Program-made: the position numbers and the translations under genes
Notes under the pieces: model-generated
The model's input: the letters and a program-made list of their open reading frames with translations, nothing else
Database searches by the model: none
What the model was told of the DNA's origin: nothing
Origin: Minisyncoccia bacterium
GTDB lineage: Bacteria; Patescibacteriota; Minisyncoccia; Phycocordibacterales; Phycocordibacteraceae
DNA: 64,000 nt
Assembly (NCBI GenBank): GCA_038212075.1
Contig: JBBQUV010000002.1
Coordinates: 7,343-71,342 of the forward strand
Reading direction: 5' to 3'
In this document: one piece after another, positions 8,960 through 18,366 of the stretch
Numbering within the stretch: position 1 is the stretch's first letter
How the letters are laid out: the number at the start of each line of letters is the position of its first letter

Positions 8960-9517
8960 ATGTCAGGACACAGCAAATGGTCACAGATTAAACGGGCAAA
9001 GGGGGTGACGGACGCGGCAAGAAGCCGAGTATTCTCGCGTTTTGCACGACTTATCACTCTTGAATCAAAAAAAGCTAGCGGAAATATCACGTCCCCCGCC
9101 CTTGCCGCGGTTATCACGCGCGCAAAAGCCGCAAATATGCCGAAGGATAATATTGAACGCGCCGTTGCTAAAGGCATGAGCAAAGATGGGGGCGACTTGG
9201 AACAGGTAGCGTATGAGGCATACGGGCCCGGTGGTGTTGCCATCATTATTGACGCACTCACTGACAGTCGAAATCGCACCACGCAAGAAATAAAACTCAT
9301 TATGACAAAAAATGAAATTGAACTTGCGGCTCCCGGAAGTGCGGCATGGGCGTTTACAAAGTCTGCAGACGGTTCTTACAGCGCAAATGAACCGCTTATG
9401 GATATTTCCGGCGATGACGAAACAAAGCTGGGAATGCTTTTAGAGTTGTTTGACGACCAAGAGGATGTACAGACGGTGTACACGAACGCGCGTGGGTACG
9501 AAACCACCCGCGAATAA
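8960..9517 (+). CDS. yebC: YebC/PmpR-family protein (shortened, 185 aa)
   Basis: MSGHSKWSQIK, NMPKDNIERA, YEAYGPGG, DVQTVYTN. Confidence 0.95.
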   Translation: MSGHSKWSQIKRAKGVTDAARSRVFSRFARLITLESKKASGNITSPALAAVITRAKAANMPKDNIERAVAKGMSKDGGDLEQVAYEAYGPGGVAIIIDALTDSRNRTTQEIKLIMTKNEIELAAPGSAAWAFTKSADGSYSANEPLMDISGDDETKLGMLLELFDDQEDVQTVYTNARGYETTRE

Positions 9518-9518
9518 T

Positions 9519-9995
9519 ATGCGCATTCTTGCGGTAGACCCAGGATTTGATCGTTTGGGTCTCGCTGTACTTGAAGGCAATCCTTCAAAACCAACCGTGG
9601 TATGGAGTGACTGTGTACTCCCCGCCAAAGGACGTCCCGAAGAACGTCTGGCGACGGTACACGAAGCGATAACAAAAGCGATACGAAAGTACAAACCCGA
9701 CGCTATCGCGCTTGAATCGCTTTTTTTTAGTAAAAATGTAAAGACAGCACTTTCAGTTGCTGAAGCTCGCGGCGCCGTACTTGCGGCAAGTGGTGCGGCA
9801 AAATTACACGTGTTTGAATTTTCTCCACAACAAGTGAAGCTGGCCGTTACTGGCTACGGCGCCGCAGATAAAAAAGCAGTGGAGCGCATGATTCCCAAAC
9901 TTGTAGTTCTTTCAAAAAAGAAACGGTTAGACGACGAATTTGACGCCATCGCGCTTGGGATTGCCGCACTTCCCTCCCGCTATCCACAACCATGA
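9519..9995 (+). CDS. ruvC: Crossover junction endodeoxyribonuclease RuvC
   Basis: MRILAVDPG, ALESLFF, AEARGA, KLAVTGYG, DDEFDAIA. Confidence 0.95.
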   Translation: MRILAVDPGFDRLGLAVLEGNPSKPTVVWSDCVLPAKGRPEERLATVHEAITKAIRKYKPDAIALESLFFSKNVKTALSVAEARGAVLAASGAAKLHVFEFSPQQVKLAVTGYGAADKKAVERMIPKLVVLSKKKRLDDEFDAIALGIAALPSRYPQP

Positions 9996-10070
9996 CTATC
10001 CCCACTTGCAAAGAGAGGGTGATTCCGAGAAACTAGAGGCACTCCAACGCGGAGCTAAGTAACTCATTGT

Positions 10071-10172
10071 ATGCAGGACGATGACATGAAAAAAGATGCG
10101 GAGCCTACCGACGACGAACTCGAGGAAGAGGACGATGCGGTAGAAACGGGTGAAGAAGAGGATGCAATATAA
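10071..10172 (+). CDS. Hyper-acidic 33-aa micro-protein
   Basis: MQDDDMKKDAEPTDDELEEEDDAVETGEEEDAI*; fills the intergenic gap; directly followed by a terminator. Confidence 0.65.
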   Translation: MQDDDMKKDAEPTDDELEEEDDAVETGEEEDAI

Positions 10173-10184
10173 ACGGCGTTTCTC

Positions 10185-10222
10185 GCTAACACAAAAGCCC
10201 CAAAAGGGGCTTTTGTGTTAGC
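10185..10222 (+). terminator. Intrinsic terminator
   Basis: gctaacacaaaagcccc-aaaa-ggggcttttgtgttagc, perfect 17-bp stem. Confidence 0.85.
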
Positions 10223-10230
10223 ATTCTTTC

Positions 10231-12321
10231 ATGCCACGACGGCACCATCCGATACATAACCCTCACCCGATACTCAAGTTGATATTTCTCCTTGCCGGGT
10301 TACTTCTTTTCCTTCTCGGGGGCATCTTTCTTTGGATTGCGCTCACTCCTACACCCGACCTTTCTTCGTTTGAAAACCGAAAGGTTACTCAATCCACAAA
10401 AATATACGACCGCACGGGCACCATTTTGCTTTACGACCTTGATACCGACTCAAAACGAAACACTGTTGCGTTGAACGAAATTTCGCCACAGATTAGAAAC
10501 GCGACAATCGCCATTGAAGACTCCGGATTTTACCAACACGGCGGCGTATCGGTTACTGGCATTTTGCGTTCCCTGTACACCGATGTCATCCGCGGATCAC
10601 TCGCACAAGGCGGTTCCACCCTCACCCAACAGGTAGTGAAAAACACGCTTCTTACAGGGGAGAAAAGTGTTGTACGAAAAGTACACGAGTGGATTCTTGC
10701 CATTCGTTTGGAACAGCTGTACACCAAAGACCAGATTCTTGAATTTTACTTAAACGAAACACCGTACGGTGGCACCTACTATGGTGTTGAGGCGGCGAGT
10801 GAGGCATTCTTCGGAAAAACAGCAAAAGATCTGGACACTGCAGAAGCGGCATACCTTGCCGCCCTTCCGCAAGCACCGACCTACTATTCCCCTTATGGAA
10901 ATAATCGCGCCGCACTTGATACGCGTAAAAACGTAGTGCTTGCTCGCATGAAAGAACTTGGATACATAGACCAAACACAGTACGACCATGCCAAAAGTGA
11001 AGTAATTACTTTCCACTCGCAACAATCCAGCTCTATAACCGCGCCGCATTTTGTGTTTTACATTCAGCAATACCTTGAAAATACCTATGGCCCGCAAGTA
11101 CTCAACAGTGGGCTAAAGGTAATCACTACACTTGATGCAGGGCTTCAGGCATCTGCGGAAAAAATTGTTACCGACTACACAAAAAATAACAAAGCAAAAT
11201 TTAATGCATCGAACGCATCACTTATCGCTATTGATCCAAGGACAGGGCAAATTCTCGTGATGGTGGGTTCTCGCGACTATTTTGATACTTCCATAGATGG
11301 CAACTACAACGACACACTTGCACTGCGCCAGCCAGGCTCTTCCTTTAAACCGTTTGTATACGCAAACGCGCTTAGTAAAGGTCTCACCCCGAACACCGTC
11401 ACGTTTGACCTTCCAACTCAGTTTTCTACTGCCTGTTCTCCAGCAGACACACGCAATGACACGCCACCCTGCTATGCTCCAAGCGATTATGATCGCCGAT
11501 GGCGTGGCCCCATAACGCTTACGAGCGCGCTTGGTCAGTCCATCAACATTCCTGCCGTGAAAATGCTGTATTTTGGAGGAATTCAAGACGTAATAAATCT
11601 TGCCACCGCCGCTGGTATCACTACTCTAAGCACTGCAAGCCACTACGGGCTCTCTTTGGCACTTGGCGCGGCGGAAGTTCGTCTTATAGACCTTACGAGC
11701 GCTTACGGTACATTCGCCAACGAGGGCGTGCATAACCCTGCAACAGGAATCCTTTCCATAACCGATGGCAGTGGAAACGTGCTTGAAGAGTTCACCCCTC
11801 AGCCGGTACAGGTAATAGACCCAGGAGTGACCCACGACATCTCAGCGATGCTTTCTGATAATGATGCCCGCCAGCCTGAATTCCCAGCAAATAGCCCACT
11901 CTACTTCCCCGGTTATGAGGTTGCTGTAAAAACAGGTACCACAAACGATTTCCGTGACGGTTGGACGGTTGGCTACACTCCTTCTATCGTGGTTGGCGCG
12001 TGGGCAGGTAACAACGACAACAGCCCGATGAAGCCCGAGATCGCGGGATTCATTATCGCTCCAATGTGGCACGCCTTTATGCAAAAAATGATTACGAGCC
12101 AGCCGCAAACCTATTTTGGGGAACCCCGCCCCCTTCCGGACAGCCCACGCCAAATACTCCTTGGAAACTATATGGTGGACGGGCAGGCCCACGACCTTCT
12201 CTATTTCTTTGATCGGCTCAATACTTCAGGACCTATGCCTGACCAGCCAGCCAATGACGCACAGTACGCACATTGGGAATATCCGGTACGCGTATGGCAA
12301 AGTAGCGGTGGTGGTGGGTAA
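10231..12321 (+). CDS. Class A penicillin-binding protein (transglycosylase/transpeptidase)
   Basis: N-terminal TM; AIEDSGF, GGSTLTQQ, RKVHE; SSFK (SxxK), SIN (SxN), KTGT. Confidence 0.95.
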   Translation: MPRRHHPIHNPHPILKLIFLLAGLLLFLLGGIFLWIALTPTPDLSSFENRKVTQSTKIYDRTGTILLYDLDTDSKRNTVALNEISPQIRNATIAIEDSGFYQHGGVSVTGILRSLYTDVIRGSLAQGGSTLTQQVVKNTLLTGEKSVVRKVHEWILAIRLEQLYTKDQILEFYLNETPYGGTYYGVEAASEAFFGKTAKDLDTAEAAYLAALPQAPTYYSPYGNNRAALDTRKNVVLARMKELGYIDQTQYDHAKSEVITFHSQQSSSITAPHFVFYIQQYLENTYGPQVLNSGLKVITTLDAGLQASAEKIVTDYTKNNKAKFNASNASLIAIDPRTGQILVMVGSRDYFDTSIDGNYNDTLALRQPGSSFKPFVYANALSKGLTPNTVTFDLPTQFSTACSPADTRNDTPPCYAPSDYDRRWRGPITLTSALGQSINIPAVKMLYFGGIQDVINLATAAGITTLSTASHYGLSLALGAAEVRLIDLTSAYGTFANEGVHNPATGILSITDGSGNVLEEFTPQPVQVIDPGVTHDISAMLSDNDARQPEFPANSPLYFPGYEVAVKTGTTNDFRDGWTVGYTPSIVVGAWAGNNDNSPMKPEIAGFIIAPMWHAFMQKMITSQPQTYFGEPRPLPDSPRQILLGNYMVDGQAHDLLYFFDRLNTSGPMPDQPANDAQYAHWEYPVRVWQSSGGGG

Positions 12322-12326
12322 CGCCC

Positions 12327-13427
12327 CTACTGATTCATCGGCATCACCAAGTACAAGAATGAAGCCTCTCCTGTTCCGCGAATAACAAGAGGTCGCCCAA
12401 TACCGCCGGAAGAGAGCGTGAGGTTGTCTGCGGTAATAAGGGAAAGAGGCGCCGCAAGGTAGCGGTGGTTAAACGAAAGCTCAATACCTTCACCTGATAC
12501 AGCACCGAGCAACTCTTCATTAGACTCACCAATATCTGCATTTTTTGAAACGAAAGAAACCTTTTTATTTTTTACATCAAGCCCAAGACGCACTTTTTGG
12601 AAGGTGTCTGAAAACACCGATACGCGCCGTAGTGCCGCCTCAAAGTCCTTACGGAGTACTGTGGCCTCGGCATTGAATGTTTTTGGGATAATCTGCGTGT
12701 AGTCTGGATACTGAGCGGCAACAAGGCGTGTAGTGACAACACCGCCTTCCCAAGAAAAGGCACATTGGTGTTCATCAAGAGAGAGTTTTACCTCTCCGTC
12801 GGGAAGCGTCTGAAGAATATCAACTGCATTTTTTGCTGGAATAAGTACCGAAAATGGCTTCGTTGTTTTTTCTACTGGAATCTTTTTTTCAGCGAGACGG
12901 AAAGAATCGGACGCGACAGCTTTCAACATTCCACCCTCACCTGAAAGGTACACACTCGCGAGTTCGGGGCGTACTGTTGACGGAGAGGCACACGTAACAA
13001 CTGAACCAATAAGCTCTCGAAGAAGAGTTCCAGAAAGAGTAAGTGTTTTTTCCGGTGTGTCTGGAATAGGGATAATAGGAAAATCTTCTGCAGAAAGTGT
13101 TTTGATAGTACTTTTCCCTACTCCTGACGTCATGACAATTGTGTCCCCAGCATGCTCGAGAGTTACCGTACCAGAACCAAAAAGAGAACCGGCAACCTCT
13201 CGTAAGATATTCGCAGGAAGAACAGCGATTCCTGTTTTCTTTATAGATCCTTCAATACGAAGATCAATACCGGTTTCAAGATTCGTTGCTCTGAGTTTTA
13301 TTCCGTCGTCGCCTGCAACAATAGCAATTCCTGAAAGTGCGGCGAGTGTCGCAGATCGTCGTTCAGCAAATCGAGCGACCTGCTGAACAGCTTCCGTGAA
13401 TATCTTTTTTTCTATTGTAATAACCAT
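12327..13427 (-). CDS. dnaN: DNA polymerase III beta clamp
   Basis: ATNLE, ASDSFRLAE, YPDY, C-terminal YLVMPM; downstream of dnaA. Confidence 0.97.
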   Translation of the reverse strand: MVITIEKKIFTEAVQQVARFAERRSATLAALSGIAIVAGDDGIKLRATNLETGIDLRIEGSIKKTGIAVLPANILREVAGSLFGSGTVTLEHAGDTIVMTSGVGKSTIKTLSAEDFPIIPIPDTPEKTLTLSGTLLRELIGSVVTCASPSTVRPELASVYLSGEGGMLKAVASDSFRLAEKKIPVEKTTKPFSVLIPAKNAVDILQTLPDGEVKLSLDEHQCAFSWEGGVVTTRLVAAQYPDYTQIIPKTFNAEATVLRKDFEAALRRVSVFSDTFQKVRLGLDVKNKKVSFVSKNADIGESNEELLGAVSGEGIELSFNHRYLAAPLSLITADNLTLSSGGIGRPLVIRGTGEASFLYLVMPMNQ

Positions 13428-13628
13428 ACCTATTATTATTAGGGGTGTTGATAGGTGGAGAACGTGAAATACTTCAGTGTCTGCAAGCTCAAATCACGAG
13501 CGAATTTTTTATAGTGTGAGGAAAAGGCAGGGAAGATTTTTTCCTCTTTTTTATATGTGGGGAAAACAGCAGACTTTTCCCCAGCGGCCACTACAGTTGT
13601 TAGAATGTTTTTCATAGCCTTATCCACA
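13428..13628. promoter_or_regulatory. oriC (dnaA-dnaN intergenic part) with DnaA boxes and putative DnaA-trios
   Basis: Perfect TTATCCACA 13620-13628; near-boxes TGTGGGGAA 13556, TGTGAGGAA 13515; on - strand TTCTCCACC/CTATCAACA followed by CCCC-TAATAATAATAG next to dnaN. Confidence 0.8.
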
Positions 13629-14975
13629 TCATACCAACAAGCTACGCACGTCTTGAATCTCTTTAGCGAGTACTGCGTCGTCACCTACTTCCCTTTTTAT
13701 TTTCTCGCACGAGTGAATGACGGTGGTGTGGTCGCGCCCACCAAGCTTGGTACCGATGGTTGGATACGAAACACTGAAGTCTTCACGGAGAATATACATA
13801 ATTACCTGGCGCGGCCGCACCACTTCCTTCCGACGCGTCTTTTCGTAGATGCTTTCTTCGTCGATACCGTAGAATTCTGCAACTTTTGAGACCACGTTCT
13901 TAATAGAAACCGTTTTTGTGGGGCGTGAGAACGAACGGAGAGACTGACGAATCTCGGCGAGGTCGGGCGGCGTACCCCGCACTTGTGCGTGGCACACCAC
14001 CGAATTGATAACCCCCTCAAGTTCACGGATAGACCCCGGTACCGAAGTAGCGATGTATTCAATGACCTCTTCACTGATAGCGATGCCGTGTGCGGCAATC
14101 TTTTTTCGCACAATCGCGATGCGTGATTCAGTATCCGGTTCTCCAATATCAATCGTCATCCCGCTTGCAAGGCGTCCACGTAACCGTTCGGCAATGTCAG
14201 GGATGGCGGCGGGTGCTCTATCCGAGGAGAAAATAATTTGTTTGTTGTTGTCGTAGAGCGCATTAAAGAGGTGGAAGAGCTCTTCCTGCATTTTTTCTTT
14301 TTTAGAAAGGAACTGAATGTCGTCCATAATCAACAAATCGAATTGGCGATACTTTTCTTTGAAGCGGTTTGCCGTGCCCGCACCAATAGAATCGGTGTAA
14401 TCAACACCGAATTTTTCCGAAGTAAGGTAAAAAACTTTTCGATTTGGGTAGAGTTTCTTAAATTGGTTACCAATAGCTTGGATAAGGTGGGTCTTTCCTC
14501 TTCCTGTGTCTCCATAGAGAAAGAGCGGGTTGTAGGTGATGCCGGGTCGAGCGATTGCCGCCTCTGCCGCTTTGTACGCGAGTTCATTGAACGCACCGAT
14601 GACAAAGGTATCAAAGGTGTAGCGTGGGTTCAGGTTGTCACTTTTATTTATGTAGAACTCATCAAGCGGTAAACGATTTTCTTCTCGCACTTGGCGGATT
14701 TCTTTTGGTTTACGGCGATCATCTTTCACAATAAGGTATTCAATGTTGCGATACTCGTACGAAACGGAACGAATGATTTTAAGAAGAAGCGAATTAAACT
14801 TCTTTAGATACCAGTCGCGAAAAAATTGGCTTGGAACACCCACATATACGATACCGTCTTCAATTTTTACGATAGAGCTATCGCGAAACCATGTGTTGAA
14901 GTTGGCAGGGCTCACTGAAAGTTCTACCTGGGTTAGGGCGTGTTCCCAAAGCTCTCGAGGATCGGAACGATTCAT
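13629..14975 (-). CDS. dnaA: Chromosomal replication initiator DnaA
   Basis: LNPRYTFDTFV, YNPLFLYGDTGRGKTHL, DLLIMDDIQF, IRELEG, GGRDHTTVIH. Confidence 0.98.
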   Translation of the reverse strand: MNRSDPRELWEHALTQVELSVSPANFNTWFRDSSIVKIEDGIVYVGVPSQFFRDWYLKKFNSLLLKIIRSVSYEYRNIEYLIVKDDRRKPKEIRQVREENRLPLDEFYINKSDNLNPRYTFDTFVIGAFNELAYKAAEAAIARPGITYNPLFLYGDTGRGKTHLIQAIGNQFKKLYPNRKVFYLTSEKFGVDYTDSIGAGTANRFKEKYRQFDLLIMDDIQFLSKKEKMQEELFHLFNALYDNNKQIIFSSDRAPAAIPDIAERLRGRLASGMTIDIGEPDTESRIAIVRKKIAAHGIAISEEVIEYIATSVPGSIRELEGVINSVVCHAQVRGTPPDLAEIRQSLRSFSRPTKTVSIKNVVSKVAEFYGIDEESIYEKTRRKEVVRPRQVIMYILREDFSVSYPTIGTKLGGRDHTTVIHSCEKIKREVGDDAVLAKEIQDVRSLLV

Positions 14976-15063
14976 TGACCGTCATTATACGCGCCGATGC
15001 CAATCGGGGAAGCGTTGCGGCACAGGGGAGAACCTGTTAACATCATGTGTATAACGAGAACCT
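14976..15063. promoter_or_regulatory. dnaA/rpmH divergent promoter region with DnaA box
   Basis: TGTGTATAA (reverse complement of TTATACACA) 15049-15057; - strand TATAAT at 14984-14989. Confidence 0.7.
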
Positions 15064-15201
15064 ATGGCAAAACGAACCTACCAACCAAAAAAGAGAAAAC
15101 GAGCAAAAACACACGGATTCCGTGTACGTATGAAAAGTCCGGGAGGCCGCCGTGTTATTACGCGTAGACGCCAAAAGGGTCGTCGCAAGCTCGCCGCCTA
15201 G
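15064..15201 (+). CDS. rpmH: 50S ribosomal protein L34 (absent from the ORF track)
   Basis: [45 protein letters not shown]; canonical position. Confidence 0.97.
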   Translation: MAKRTYQPKKRKRAKTHGFRVRMKSPGGRRVITRRRQKGRRKLAA

Positions 15202-15205
15202 CCTC

Positions 15206-15520
15206 ATGATGCCCCGCGGGCGCCGCCTTCCTCGCGCCGCCTTCCCTGCACTCCTGCGGGCAAAAAGGCTCTCTAGCCCTCATTTTGGGGTTTCTGTCGC
15301 TTCTGCCCCACGGGGTGGGTGTGCGGTGGTCATACCCAAAAAAGCCGTACCCCACTCGGTTGATCGGCATCTTTTGAAACGTCGAGTACTTTCCGTGCTT
15401 AAAAAGTGGTATGCCCCCCATATGGCACTTGTGGTGTATGCAAAGAATGGGAGCTCCACCCTTCCCTTCCGCATTATCCAGAGCGAACTTGAGGCACTTC
15501 TTGGTAAACTCACTGTATGA
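15206..15520 (+). CDS. rnpA: Ribonuclease P protein component
   Basis: Basic; VVIPKK..SVDRHLLKRR resembles the RNR motif; between rpmH and yidC. Confidence 0.88.
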   Translation: MMPRGRRLPRAAFPALLRAKRLSSPHFGVSVASAPRGGCAVVIPKKAVPHSVDRHLLKRRVLSVLKKWYAPHMALVVYAKNGSSTLPFRIIQSELEALLGKLTV

Positions 15521-16254
15521 TTTCCTTTCTCTTCCACACTTATCTTTCCCTACCAATCTACAACCTTCTCATTTTTCTTGTTGGCATCATTCCAACAGGA
15601 GATGTGGGTGTCGCGGTTATTGTTGTGACGCTCGTGGTGAAGGCGGCAGTACTTCCCCTCTCTCTTTCAGCGGTTCGCACCCAGCGTTCGATGAAAGTTA
15701 TTGAACCTGAGTTGAAAGAAATAAAGGAAAAGTATAAAGACGACAAAGAAAAACAAGCAAAAGAAACGTTCGCCCTCTACAAAAAGTACAGCATCAACCC
15801 ATTTGCGAGCTTCGGTACACTTCTTATACAGCTTCCGATTCTACTCGCTCTCTACTGGGTATTTCGTGGAGAAGCACTTCCTACGATAGATGTAGCGTCG
15901 CTCTACCACTTCGTTGCTATCCCAACCGTCATATCCACGAACTTCCTCGGTATCTTTTCGGTAATACAAAAAAGTATTACTCTCGCTGTACTTGCGGCGA
16001 TAACGCAGTTTTTGCAGGCATATTTTGCTATCCCAACGCCGGCAAAAACCGAAAATGCAACCATGCAAGAAGATTTTGGCCGTGCCATGGCGATGCAAGC
16101 GCGGTTCGTCATCCCGCTTATTATTGGCCTTGTTGCCTATGAAACGTCAGGAGCCATCGCACTCTACTTCATAACGAGTAACGTCGTGATGCTTTTCCAG
16201 GAATTTTTAGTGCGTAGAACACCAGCAAAAATTTCCCCTCTAAAGACAGACTAG
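15517..16254 (+). CDS. yidC: Membrane protein insertase YidC/Oxa1 (short form)
   Basis: PELKEIKEKYK, LYKKYSINP, LLIQLPIL, ALYFITSN. Confidence 0.95.
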   Translation: MISFLFHTYLSLPIYNLLIFLVGIIPTGDVGVAVIVVTLVVKAAVLPLSLSAVRTQRSMKVIEPELKEIKEKYKDDKEKQAKETFALYKKYSINPFASFGTLLIQLPILLALYWVFRGEALPTIDVASLYHFVAIPTVISTNFLGIFSVIQKSITLAVLAAITQFLQAYFAIPTPAKTENATMQEDFGRAMAMQARFVIPLIIGLVAYETSGAIALYFITSNVVMLFQEFLVRRTPAKISPLKTD

Positions 16255-17513
16255 AAACGATACGCCCAAAGTGAGTCGTCGCGTTTATTTACAAATGTCA
16301 GCGTGCTCTCGTTCGGGTCAACCGACAAAGAAATGGCGTCAATTGGTTCTTTGGTGAGTTCTGGCAGATTTGCTACGAGTGTCGCGGCGCGAGCGATAAG
16401 GTCAATTTTCCAAAGGCGATCGCTAAACGCGATTGTGCCCTGATACCACCCGTCGGGTAGTTTCCCCGAAGGGAGTGCTGTAGGCACGGCGCAGTATGCG
16501 CTTTGGTTGTCCGGAGACCACACACATTTTTCCGTAAGCGTTGCCACAGGAAGCGCTATGGTGGTGTGTGTTGCCGTATCGAACACACTAAGAGAAAGTG
16601 AACTGCCTGAAAGTGAACTTACAAGCACAAGTTTTCCAGAAGGACTTGGCAAGGCAGTAAGCCCCGGAAGAGGCCCCAGGATTTTGGTGAACGCCCCTGT
16701 TTTTCTATCAATCAAAAATGCGTATCCGTTTACAGAAGCCGAAGGTTTTGTATAGGCAAGAAGATTTGTTCCGGCAAATGAAACGTGGAGCGCTGAAAGA
16801 AGCGAGGTGAACACGGTTCCTCCGCCACTGCCGTCAGGTTTAGATATCGTCCCGACGGAACCGGAGGTGCTTGGCATAAAAGTGAACACTGTCTGTGTCC
16901 CCTGAGCAAGCACTTGCGAAAGGTCGCGCGCAAGGAACCTACCGTCCGTACCATCGGCCGGCAGTACATAGGTATCAATGTGCTCTGTTTTGTCCGGGTC
17001 AACCGTAAGGAAACGAATAAAAGCGTCGGATCCATCGGAGAGCCATGCTGTTTCCTGTACACCAGGCGCAGTGTGGTTAGTAAGGCGTACGCTCGTGCCC
17101 TGCATCACGTTATAGGTGTACATATTTCCACTCTGGCGATCTATGTAGCGTACTTCGGTGCGGAATGTCGGACCAGTATCAGTTGAAGTTGCATCAGTTG
17201 TTGAAGCAAGCGCGACCGGTGCCGTAGTGCTTGCGTTAATGATGAGCACTCCGTGAGCTACCGGTGACGACGTTATTTTAACTAAGTGAGGAGCAATAAG
17301 GGTGCCTGCAATGGGTGTGTCAGCAGTGTTCTGCGTTGTATCTGCTCCCTGTCCTCCTGAACTAGTGTCTTGGCTTGGTGTGCCAAACGGGTTAGCACCT
17401 GTGCCAGTCTGAGCAACGAGCCCACCACTTCCGTTAAAAAAGTAAAAGTACCCAACAACGATAAGGCCGAGAGCGACAATGGCGAGTGCGGCGATGGTAA
17501 GGGTGCGACGCAT
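16251..17513 (-). CDS. Membrane-anchored extracellular protein, probably beta-propeller-like
   Basis: N-terminal TM, S/T-rich linker, repeated WLSDG/PSPSG/WSPD units. Confidence 0.7.
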   Translation of the reverse strand: MRRTLTIAALAIVALGLIVVGYFYFFNGSGGLVAQTGTGANPFGTPSQDTSSGGQGADTTQNTADTPIAGTLIAPHLVKITSSPVAHGVLIINASTTAPVALASTTDATSTDTGPTFRTEVRYIDRQSGNMYTYNVMQGTSVRLTNHTAPGVQETAWLSDGSDAFIRFLTVDPDKTEHIDTYVLPADGTDGRFLARDLSQVLAQGTQTVFTFMPSTSGSVGTISKPDGSGGGTVFTSLLSALHVSFAGTNLLAYTKPSASVNGYAFLIDRKTGAFTKILGPLPGLTALPSPSGKLVLVSSLSGSSLSLSVFDTATHTTIALPVATLTEKCVWSPDNQSAYCAVPTALPSGKLPDGWYQGTIAFSDRLWKIDLIARAATLVANLPELTKEPIDAISLSVDPNESTLTFVNKRDDSLWAYRF

Positions 17514-17520
17514 ATTTTTG

Positions 17521-18366
17521 TTATTGACACTCCGCGGTTAGCACGTACGTTGCCCCTGCACACGCTGGCGGTATGGCCAGCGGGCGTAGCGGCGAACTTG
17601 AGTTTTTATCGATACACCAATTTTGCTGTGAGGTTCCTGCTGGGCACTGAATCGTCGGGCAACTCTTGAGATCATTTGCAGGACACGCTTGGCTAGATTT
17701 TACTTTAGGTGTGCAGGAAATATAATTATACGTTCCATAACTACATTTATAGCCCCCAAGAAAATTTGTTTCGGTAACATTGTTTCCTTGAGCATCAGCA
17801 CATACATGGTTGGCGTCTGCACCGCCGGGGGTCTTTTCGCACTGAGCGATTTGTGGGTCACACGAAGCCGCATCGCATTTAAGCAATGTGTCGCCCTGTT
17901 TTAGGGGCGTTGATGACGCGAGCGCATCCGCATTTTGTTGCGACTGAGTCTGTGCAGGCTGGGTTCCTGTCGGTGTAAGGCCGCCGGCGTCGATATTCAG
18001 ATTCAATATGTTTGGGTTGATAACCGTAAAGACAATATACGGAGAAAGTACCAACAGAAGGCCAAGGAGTGCAGTAGTGATGATATGTTTTGCTTCTTCT
18101 ATTTTTGCAAAACCACTATCGCCCATGGTGTACATAACTCCCCCCCGCACAAGTTGTAGTACCGTTAGCACTACTGCTATCCCAATAGTAATTTTATAGA
18201 GTGCATTGAAGAAATTTGGGAGGCTCCCTGCCTTTGCCGCGTCTGAAAAAACAGGAATGTCAGTGAGCGGCACAAAAGCAGTTGGGGTAGAAGCAAGGGC
18301 AATTGATGGGATACCAATGAGTACCACTAAAAAGCCAATAAAGATGAAGCTAGAGCGATTGTTCAT
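17521..18366 (-). CDS. VirB2/TrbC-like pilin with Cys-rich C-terminal extension
   Basis: Signal peptide, two TMs with GGVMY...IEEAKHIITTALLGL..SPYIVFTVINP, then 12 Cys. Confidence 0.7.
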   Translation of the reverse strand: MNNRSSFIFIGFLVVLIGIPSIALASTPTAFVPLTDIPVFSDAAKAGSLPNFFNALYKITIGIAVVLTVLQLVRGGVMYTMGDSGFAKIEEAKHIITTALLGLLLVLSPYIVFTVINPNILNLNIDAGGLTPTGTQPAQTQSQQNADALASSTPLKQGDTLLKCDAASCDPQIAQCEKTPGGADANHVCADAQGNNVTETNFLGGYKCSYGTYNYISCTPKVKSSQACPANDLKSCPTIQCPAGTSQQNWCIDKNSSSPLRPLAIPPACAGATYVLTAECQ

